A stretch of DNA of 36,835 nucleotides from Patescibacteria group bacterium. Lineage in GTDB: Bacteria > Patescibacteriota > Saccharimonadia > CAILAD01 > BJGX01. The stretch lies in contig JAPLVO010000013.1 of assembly GCA_026397045.1 (NCBI GenBank), forward strand, positions 1 to 36,835, read 5' to 3'. Within the stretch, counting starts at the first letter, position 1. Each line of letters begins with the position of its first letter. Of the stretch, positions 30,737 through 36,835 are shown one piece after another. Below the pieces are notes generated by a model. That model had not been told where the DNA came from. It did not search any database and saw only the letters and a program-made list of their open reading frames with translations. The translations under genes were made by a program, and so were the position numbers.

Positions 30737-31798
30737 ATGGAATTCAATAGCAACAAAAATAAGATTTCAATTCTAATGTCAGTAGCAGTTGTAGCATTTA
30801 TTTTATTAGCTGGGTATATAGCTTCTATAGCCTACCCAGTTCAAATTAATACACAGCCTCCCCCGTCTGTCCTGGGGGTTCTGGCTAAACAAGAGGCAGC
30901 TTCACTGAAACTAGAATTACATAACTACCAAATAAAAGCTGGTGAGCTACCAGATAATTTTGCGCATCCTGATAAATTAGATAAGATCATAGCTGCCTTA
31001 GATTGGCAGAACTACTCGTTGGCTTTTTTTGAGATTGATATATATTCTGAAAAACTCAGTGATGATCTCGCCAAGTTGAATGCTAAAATTGCTCAAGCTG
31101 AGATTGACAGAATAAAAGCCTTAAAAGCCTATAAGCAAGAGGCGCCAAAAGCAGTCAACAAAACCATTCAGCTACCAATATTGCTCTATCATAAAACACC
31201 TGGCAATTTTGCTGCTCAGCTAGACGCTCTATTGGCCAAGGGCTACACCACCATTTCTATGGCTCAACTAGAAAACTATTTTGATGGCCTTGGCCAGCTG
31301 CCAGCCAAGCCTGTGGTAATAACCTTCGACGATGGCTTTAGCGATCAGTCTGCAGCCTTCTCTCTATTGCTACAAAGAAACATGAAAGCTACATCCTACA
31401 TTGTGGTTGGTGGCGAGAAAAGCGGCTGGTGCATAGGCGCAATGCGCCGCCCGCAAAATTGCGGTGATAGCTACCTAAACTGGACTCAAATTCGTGAGAT
31501 GACAAAATCTGGCCTTATTGAAATTGGTGCTCACACCATAAATCACGCAGATCTAGCCGGCCTTTCGCCTGCTGATCAAACTAGAGAAATAGTGGATAGC
31601 AAAACTATTATTGAAAAAGAACTTGGGGTAAAAATAACTACCTTCGCCTACCCTTACGGCAGATACAGCCAGGCAACAATAGACATAGCTCTTAAGGCTG
31701 GCTTTAAAAGTGCTGTCACCACCGTGAGTGGTCTGTCACAAAGCAGTGCCAATCGTCTCACCCTAACACGCGTTAGAGACGCCCTACTTCTGCCCTAG
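30737..31798 (+). CDS. Membrane-anchored polysaccharide deacetylase (NodB homology domain)
   Basis: N-terminal TM, a coiled region, then VVITFDDGFSDQ (TFDDG motif) and IGAHTINHADL (H-x-x-x-H type metal ligands). Confidence 0.85.
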   Translation: MEFNSNKNKISILMSVAVVAFILLAGYIASIAYPVQINTQPPPSVLGVLAKQEAASLKLELHNYQIKAGELPDNFAHPDKLDKIIAALDWQNYSLAFFEIDIYSEKLSDDLAKLNAKIAQAEIDRIKALKAYKQEAPKAVNKTIQLPILLYHKTPGNFAAQLDALLAKGYTTISMAQLENYFDGLGQLPAKPVVITFDDGFSDQSAAFSLLLQRNMKATSYIVVGGEKSGWCIGAMRRPQNCGDSYLNWTQIREMTKSGLIEIGAHTINHADLAGLSPADQTREIVDSKTIIEKELGVKITTFAYPYGRYSQATIDIALKAGFKSAVTTVSGLSQSSANRLTLTRVRDALLLP

Positions 31799-31801
31799 CT
31801 A

Positions 31802-33622
31802 TTACTCTAATATAGCCTTTATTCGGCGCACTCCAGCTGAGCTAGATTCTTCCTTTACTATTTTAAATTTGCCTATTTCGCCAGTATGATCAACATGTGG
31901 CCCACCACATATTTCTTTTGAATAGTAATCAGCTTCTGGGTCGCCTACTGTATAGACCTTGACTGTATCTGGGTATTTTTCGCCAAAAGCACCAAGGGCC
32001 CCCTCTTTAACGGCTTGGTCTTTAGTTACTTCTTTACAGTTAAGTGGCAGATCTTGAGAAATAATATCATTTACCATTTTTTCGACTTTTGATATTTGCT
32101 CGGGAGTCATTTTTTCATCATGGCTAAAATCAAAGCGCATTCGCTCTGCAGTAATGTTACTACCTCGTTGCATAACATGCTCACCCAAGACATTTCTGAG
32201 GGCTTTATACATCAAGTGCGTGGCGGTGTGGTAGCGCGTGACTACCTCGCTGTCATCTTCTAGGCCACCCTTGAACTGGCCAGCTGTTGCTGTGCGGCTA
32301 CGATCTTTTTGTTTTTGCATTTCAACTGCAAACTCGTCTTCAAAATTTTGGCCAATTGCAAGATTTGAACGCAAGGCTTCTTCAAGACTTAGTTCCTTAG
32401 GAAACCCATAGGTGTCATAGAGCACAAATGCATCACTGCCCGAAAGGTATTTTTTGTTTGCTAGCATTTTTTCAAATTCTCTTAAGCCTTTTGTAAGGGT
32501 TTGCCTAAATGAATTTTCTTCTCTTTTTAAAACACCCATTATTAGAGTAGGGTTTTGTAGCTCGGGGTAAGAGTCTTTGTAAAGCGATATCACTTTAGGT
32601 GCAATTCTACCGAACAGATCTTGATGAATTCCCACTATCAAGGCTTCGCGAATAGCTCTACGGGCAAGTCGTCGCATCACATAGCCCTGATCTTTGTTGT
32701 TTGGCACCACCCCGTCAGCAGCCATAAAAACAATACTTCTTGTGTGGTCTGTTATTATTCGTACCGATCTTAGGGATGATTCTGGAGTGGTTTCAGCAAA
32801 TACTTCTTGATGCGTTTCGTTAGCATATTCTTCAACCGATGATTTTATTTGTGAGAGCATATCTGTGTCATAGACATTATTTAGACCCTGCAAGACTGCG
32901 CTGGTGCGCTCTAAGCCCATACCCGTATCTACATTTTTTACCTCTAGCTCAGTATAGGTTCCGTCTGGCTGGCGCTGATAAGACATAAATACATTGTTCC
33001 AGATCTCGACAAAATCAGTGCTTTCTGTATCAAAAACTGGATCTTCTTCTTTCCCCAGATAATAAAATATTTCAGTGTCAGGGCCAGCCGGGCCTGTAGC
33101 AACGCCGCCTTGCTCCCACCAGTTGTCGGCCTTGCCAAGGGCTAGTATCCGCGTGCCTTCTTCAGCAACAATTCCAGCTTTGGCAAATTGCTCTTGCCAG
33201 AGTGCGATAGACTCTTCGTCTTTGGGTACAACACCATCTCCCTGGTAGACAGTTGTATATAGCTTAGTTGGGTCTATACCAAGCCATTTTGGGTCTGTCA
33301 AAAATTCCCAACTCCAGGCTATAGATTCTTTCTTGAAATAGTCGCCAAGGCTCCAGTTACCAAGCATCTCAAAAAATGTAAGGTGGCTGTAATCGCCGAC
33401 CTCCTCTATATCTGTTGTTCTTACCACTTTTTGGGCATTTGCTAGCTTCTTACCTTGAGGGTGAGGCTGGCCAAGTAAATAAGGTACCAAAGGGTGCATT
33501 CCGGCGGTTGTAAAAAGCACCGAAGGGTCGTGTTCTGGCACCACTGGGGCACTAGGAATTATGGCATGGTCTTTTTGAGCAAAAAATTCTAAGAATTTTG
33601 ATCTAATTTCTGAGGTATTCAT
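31802..33622 (-). CDS. alaS: Alanyl-tRNA synthetase, short form ending after the editing core
   Basis: MNTSEIRSKFLEFFAQKDHAIIPSAPVVP...FTTAGM catalytic N-terminus. Editing-domain HTATHLMYKAL and CGGPHV motifs. 606 aa. Confidence 0.92.
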   Translation of the reverse strand: MNTSEIRSKFLEFFAQKDHAIIPSAPVVPEHDPSVLFTTAGMHPLVPYLLGQPHPQGKKLANAQKVVRTTDIEEVGDYSHLTFFEMLGNWSLGDYFKKESIAWSWEFLTDPKWLGIDPTKLYTTVYQGDGVVPKDEESIALWQEQFAKAGIVAEEGTRILALGKADNWWEQGGVATGPAGPDTEIFYYLGKEEDPVFDTESTDFVEIWNNVFMSYQRQPDGTYTELEVKNVDTGMGLERTSAVLQGLNNVYDTDMLSQIKSSVEEYANETHQEVFAETTPESSLRSVRIITDHTRSIVFMAADGVVPNNKDQGYVMRRLARRAIREALIVGIHQDLFGRIAPKVISLYKDSYPELQNPTLIMGVLKREENSFRQTLTKGLREFEKMLANKKYLSGSDAFVLYDTYGFPKELSLEEALRSNLAIGQNFEDEFAVEMQKQKDRSRTATAGQFKGGLEDDSEVVTRYHTATHLMYKALRNVLGEHVMQRGSNITAERMRFDFSHDEKMTPEQISKVEKMVNDIISQDLPLNCKEVTKDQAVKEGALGAFGEKYPDTVKVYTVGDPEADYYSKEICGGPHVDHTGEIGKFKIVKEESSSAGVRRIKAILE

Positions 33623-33629
33623 AGCTACA

Positions 33630-33638
33630 ATTATAGCA
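33630..33638 (-). promoter_or_regulatory. Extended -10 TGCTATAAT, 7 nt upstream of the alaS ATG (leaderless pattern)
   Basis: Minus strand reads TGCTATAAT-TGTAGCT-ATG. Confidence 0.5.
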
Positions 33639-33675
33639 AGTTTTCAGGTTATGGGCGAGATACTAAGCTACTTGG

Positions 33676-34341
33676 CTATATTTTTTCAGCTTTGTCGAAA
33701 GCCTTCACAAAAGAGGCCTTTTGGGCTGTTTGCAAATCGATTGTGGCTTGGTTAGTGGAGCAATTGGCCTGTGGGGGTGCATAGCCTAGCACAAATCCGC
33801 TCAAGGCTTTTTGCTGAGTAGGGCCAGCATCGGTGGCATTAGCGAATTTACTAACTGCACCGAGTGGTAATGTACCGAGGCTACAATACTTGCCGGGGTC
33901 GCTACTATCGGCTCCCCATGCCTTACTCTGCAGTGATCCGGTCGAGAAGAAAGTCGTGCTGCCATTTACGAAATATTGTAAGTCTTTAATATCGTCGCTT
34001 AGCGGCAATTTGTATCCAAGCTCCTTAACCTCTAGGTAACTGCTGGTAGATGCTTTGACAACTACCTTAGCGGCTGCAGCAGCGGCAGCGCTAGCAGCAT
34101 CTTCAAGGGCTTTTTTACCATCTTGAAGTGTCACAACTTGGGCTTTGAGGTCATTTATTTGCTTGTTGTAATCTTTCATTTTAATGTAGCCGTAGATGCC
34201 GATACCGATTAGGGCTAGGGCCAATACTATACTAATAATAATCCAAACTTTTTTTGATTTGTCTTTCTTGGGTAATTCAATACTGTGGTCGGCTTGACTG
34301 TGGCGCATGGCTGATTTGCTATTTTCGTCTTTGGGCATCAT
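33676..34341 (-). CDS. Hypothetical membrane-anchored protein with coiled-coil and poly-Ala linker
   Basis: 221 aa with a TM helix VWIIISIVLALALIGIGIYGYI and an AASAAAAAAAK stretch. SD AAAGGAG is present. The second ATG (34338) has the better SD spacing. Confidence 0.6.
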   Translation of the reverse strand: MMPKDENSKSAMRHSQADHSIELPKKDKSKKVWIIISIVLALALIGIGIYGYIKMKDYNKQINDLKAQVVTLQDGKKALEDAASAAAAAAAKVVVKASTSSYLEVKELGYKLPLSDDIKDLQYFVNGSTTFFSTGSLQSKAWGADSSDPGKYCSLGTLPLGAVSKFANATDAGPTQQKALSGFVLGYAPPQANCSTNQATIDLQTAQKASFVKAFDKAEKI

Positions 34342-34461
34342 TTGCTCCTTTGAATTATTATTTATTTAATTGCTTAAATTGTAGCATAAGAACAATGGAT
34401 TATACAGCCATGCCTCTAGCGATACTTCAGCTGCAGTGGCTAACGAAATAGCAAGTGAACT

Positions 34462-35052
34462 CTACTTGTAGTTGCCGGTTGCGCCGATATATATCAGCTT
34501 CCAGCTTTCACTAACCGAAATAAATAATGGGAACCCACGGCGCCACCATTGTGATTTGCTCCAGCGATCATCGAAAGCAGATACGCCCAGCAGCTGGTAG
34601 TCTTTACCAAGCACAGACTCAAATGTTTGGTTTGCCCGACGCTGGTGATACGGACTAGTGACAAGGATCAGTTTTTTTGCACCTGCCTCCTCGGCTATAC
34701 TTTTAGTGTTAATTGCGTTTTGGTAGGTGTTTTGGCTTTTCTCATCGATGTAGATATTGTTGGCAGGAACCCCCTCTGCTAGGGCCTGGTCGCGCATCGC
34801 AAAAGCATTACTGGGGCCGTCGTCCAGAGCGGCGCCAGAAAAAATAATATAGGGTGCATAGCCCTGCTTGTAAAGCTCAATGCCTTTTTGGGCACGGCTA
34901 TTAGTCTGGCCGCCACTAACAACCACGATCGCATCAGATTTTTCTAAATTGTCCTGTGGGCTCAAATAAAAACCGACCCCCACTAGTAATGCGAAACCAA
35001 TCGCTAGGGCTACTGAAATTATTGCTAATGTCCATCCTAAAAACTTTTTCAT
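34462..35052 (-). CDS. DUF218 / YdcF-ElyC-SanA family protein
   Basis: N-terminal TM, then DAIVVVSGG...YIIFSG...LILVTSPYHQRRA, typical of DUF218. ATG35052 (MKKFLGW) is preferred to the ORF-track TTG35088, which lies upstream of the -10 box. Confidence 0.75.
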   Translation of the reverse strand: MKKFLGWTLAIISVALAIGFALLVGVGFYLSPQDNLEKSDAIVVVSGGQTNSRAQKGIELYKQGYAPYIIFSGAALDDGPSNAFAMRDQALAEGVPANNIYIDEKSQNTYQNAINTKSIAEEAGAKKLILVTSPYHQRRANQTFESVLGKDYQLLGVSAFDDRWSKSQWWRRGFPLFISVSESWKLIYIGATGNYK

Positions 35053-35062
35053 TGCTAATATA

Positions 35063-35071
35063 ATTATAGCA
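35063..35071 (-). promoter_or_regulatory. Extended -10 TGCTATAAT, 10 nt upstream of ATG35052
   Basis: Minus strand reads TGCTATAAT-TATATTAGCA-ATG. Confidence 0.45.
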
Positions 35072-35115
35072 GAAAGCACAATCGGCAACCTTTGGGGGTT
35101 CTGGAATAAGATGGT

Positions 35116-35823
35116 CTAATCTATGACAAATTCGCCATCGCGATGAGTATTTTTTGAAATATTCCAGTAAGGCCCCTTGTATACCTCGATCATTCCATCT
35201 ATGGCCTTCTCGAACAAGTCCACGAACTGTTCGGCCTGCTTGCTATCGAGCTCAATCGTCTCAAGGCTAGCATATTCGGGTTGGCTAATGGGCTCTCCCG
35301 TGGGCAGGTTCACAACCCCGTGAACAGGATGTGGCGTGGCATGATCAGTTATCTCCTCGGTGGCCGTCGAAACATCGCGCTCAATACGCCCCGTCGGATT
35401 AATTTTATAGATCATGGTGGATTCTACTTGTGGCGAATGGTCTAGCAGTGGATCCTCACTACGCGCCGTGTTTTCTCCACGCAAAACTGTGCTTTGATCG
35501 GTATCTATTAATGTATCCCTAGTTGCATCAGAACCCTCAGCACCAGTATTGCTCTCGCTTGCCTTGCTCCAGGGGCTAGAGGAATTTAGTATTTTAGATA
35601 AAATAATCTCAATCTGGTCAGATTCAAAGTTTTTGAATGCCTCATTTGATTGCTCCTTAGGAATATCCATACCTTTGGCGCGTTCTTCCAAAAAATACTT
35701 TCTAGCATTGCCTAGTTTTTCAATCAAGCCTTTGAAACGATCAGCCTGCTCAATCCGTTCGGCAATTTCGGCTCGTTCTGGATTATCTGGGTCCGGTCCT
35801 CTTGGGGTTGGTTCGTTATTCAT
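35116..35823 (-). CDS. Hypothetical acidic soluble protein
   Basis: 235-aa ORF with no TM helix and no recognisable motif. Its start is 4 nt after the tatD-family stop. Confidence 0.5.
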   Translation of the reverse strand: MNNEPTPRGPDPDNPERAEIAERIEQADRFKGLIEKLGNARKYFLEERAKGMDIPKEQSNEAFKNFESDQIEIILSKILNSSSPWSKASESNTGAEGSDATRDTLIDTDQSTVLRGENTARSEDPLLDHSPQVESTMIYKINPTGRIERDVSTATEEITDHATPHPVHGVVNLPTGEPISQPEYASLETIELDSKQAEQFVDLFEKAIDGMIEVYKGPYWNISKNTHRDGEFVID

Positions 35824-35827
35824 AAAA

Positions 35828-36622
35828 CTATTTTAGCTTAAAAAGCCCTTTCGCGTTAGTGGCAGTTGAGCTAATGAGCTCAGAATACTGCTCGCCCCGC
35901 AACTCAGCCAAAAACTCACCAGTGTATTTTACAAAGCTCGGCTCATTACGCTTGCCGCGCATTGGAGCTGGGCTCAAATACGGGCAATCAGTCTCGAGTA
36001 GTAGCCGGCCGGCCGGTATAATGTTGGCGGCCTCAAGCTGGGCTTGGTCTTTGGTGAAGGTCATAATACCGTTTAGGCCAAAGTAGAGTTCGTAGCCCAA
36101 GGCTTGCTCTACTTCTTTGGTGGTGCCAGTGAAGCTATGAATGACGCCGCGCACTTTTGGGTAGTTTTTGAGTACCTTAAAAAAATCTTCCCAGGCGTCT
36201 CGAACATGAAACACCAGCGGCAGCTCGAGCTCTTGGGCTAGCTGCAGCTGAAACTCTAGTGCATCGTGTTGCTGGGCTTTGGGCGAGTTATTGCGATAAT
36301 AATCTAGCCCACACTCGCCTATCGCGACTAGTAAACCCTGGTACTTACTATCACGAGCCAGCTTGCCAATCACTTTTAGGCCGTCGCTGCCTAGGCTAGC
36401 CTCGTGGGGGTGAATACCGGCCGTAGCGTAGAGCTTAATGCCTTGAGCCATGGCGATGGTTTGTGGGCTCATCACAAACTCTAGAGCCTTAAGTGAGTCT
36501 TGCGGCGTAGTGCCGACGGTTATAATGCTGGCCACCTGGCTGGCATGGGCATTACTAAATACATCGGCGAGGTCACCGCTAAAGTCGTCAAAATGGATGT
36601 GGGCGTGGGTATCAATTAGCAT
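35828..36622 (-). CDS. TatD family metal-dependent hydrolase (DNase)
   Basis: MLIDTHAHIHFDDF (HxH metal site), GECGLDY, and HSF...ETDCPYL motifs. Confidence 0.88.
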   Translation of the reverse strand: MLIDTHAHIHFDDFSGDLADVFSNAHASQVASIITVGTTPQDSLKALEFVMSPQTIAMAQGIKLYATAGIHPHEASLGSDGLKVIGKLARDSKYQGLLVAIGECGLDYYRNNSPKAQQHDALEFQLQLAQELELPLVFHVRDAWEDFFKVLKNYPKVRGVIHSFTGTTKEVEQALGYELYFGLNGIMTFTKDQAQLEAANIIPAGRLLLETDCPYLSPAPMRGKRNEPSFVKYTGEFLAELRGEQYSELISSTATNAKGLFKLK

Positions 36623-36632
36623 TAGTATATGT

Positions 36633-36638
36633 ATTATA
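36633..36638 (-). promoter_or_regulatory. -10 box TATAAT, 10 nt upstream of the tatD-family ATG
   Basis: Minus strand reads TATAAT-ACATATACTA-ATG. Confidence 0.35.
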
Positions 36639-36642
36639 CCTT

Positions 36643-36835
36643 TTAGCCCTGAGGAGTCGCAACAATTACTTCGCGACCGTCGTTTTGGCCTTCGCGAGTA
36701 CAGCTATACAGCGTTAGCTTAGGAGTCTTGCTGGCTAGCTCAATGCTGGTTTCACTAGGCTTAACAGTGCGCTTTTCACTCACCTTATAGCTATATCTTT
36801 TGCCTTGCCAGTCTACAAATATATCATCGCCAATC
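36643..36835 (-). CDS. Sortase family transpeptidase, C-terminal part only (5' end outside the window)
   Basis: My translation is ...IGDDIFVDWQGKRYSYKVSEKRTVKPSETSIELASKTPKLTLYSCTREGQNDGREVIVATPQG*. The pattern GD.I......Y.Y.V....V.P......LTL.(S/T)C...R..V fits the sortase beta-barrel with its catalytic Cys. Confidence 0.7.
   Translation of the reverse strand, partial: IGDDIFVDWQGKRYSYKVSEKRTVKPSETSIELASKTPKLTLYSCTREGQNDGREVIVATPQG

Noticed and set aside
34070-34100. GCN-rich repetitive DNA
   Set aside because: It simply encodes the poly-Ala linker of the 221-aa membrane protein and is not an independent repeat element.
1-36835. Alternative genetic code (UGA recoding, as in some CPR lineages)
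   Set aside because: Well-supported genes end at TGA (e.g. the ftsA-like gene at 30719-30721). Conserved proteins translate at full length under the standard code.
1-36835. CRISPR array, transposase/integrase, retron or DGR reverse transcriptase, toxin-antitoxin or known defence genes
   Set aside because: I saw no regularly spaced repeats. No ORF has recombinase, reverse transcriptase, nuclease-NTPase or toxin-like motifs. The only SMC-like ATPase has canonical condensin heads and housekeeping synteny.

Overview
This 36.8-kb window is mid-GC and almost gap-free coding. It uses the standard genetic code (TGA is used as a stop, e.g. at the end of the ftsA-like gene). Everything from 3.8 to 29.3 kb lies on the minus strand.

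The content is overwhelmingly core housekeeping from a small-genome bacterium with a Gram-positive-type envelope. I infer a Patescibacteria/CPR, Saccharibacteria-like organism, which I cannot confirm without a database search.
- Translation and RNA: rpsP, rpmF (missed by the ORF track), KH protein, trmD, leuS, alaS, tRNA-Ala(GGC), rnc, nusB, obg, an RsmC-like methyltransferase.
- Chromosome: a compact smc, ruvX, a tatD-family hydrolase.
- Envelope: murD, murF, mltG, a LysM/CHAP hydrolase, a polysaccharide deacetylase, a partial sortase, a CDP-alcohol phosphatidyltransferase, a DUF218/YdcF protein, an ftsA-like gene.
- Other: a P2-type cation ATPase, a Nudix hydrolase, an alpha/beta hydrolase, a class IV aminotransferase and several orphan membrane or secreted proteins.

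Only the left ~3.7 kb looks accessory. I see no CRISPR array, transposase, integrase, toxin-antitoxin pair or recognisable defence system, and I cannot honestly point to a clear-cut novel multi-gene system.

The observations most worth a second look:
1. A diverged duplication of the tspO 3' end brackets a 1.4-kb two-gene insertion.
2. A murD-like ligase is translationally coupled to a 432-aa PP-loop (GGGKDS) protein, a candidate MurD2/MurL-type route to D-Glu.
3. TAnAAT -10 boxes sit 6-7 nt upstream of ATG with no Shine-Dalgarno at 11 genes, implying leaderless mRNAs and correcting several ORF-track starts.
4. A ~210-nt structured leader with mutually exclusive pairings precedes the LysM/CHAP hydrolase, whose strong SD points at an ATT codon.
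5. Several core proteins are reduced: SMC has no obvious hinge, AlaRS lacks the C-Ala domain, and TspO lacks TM1.
6. ruvX and mltG overlap out of frame by 131 nt.
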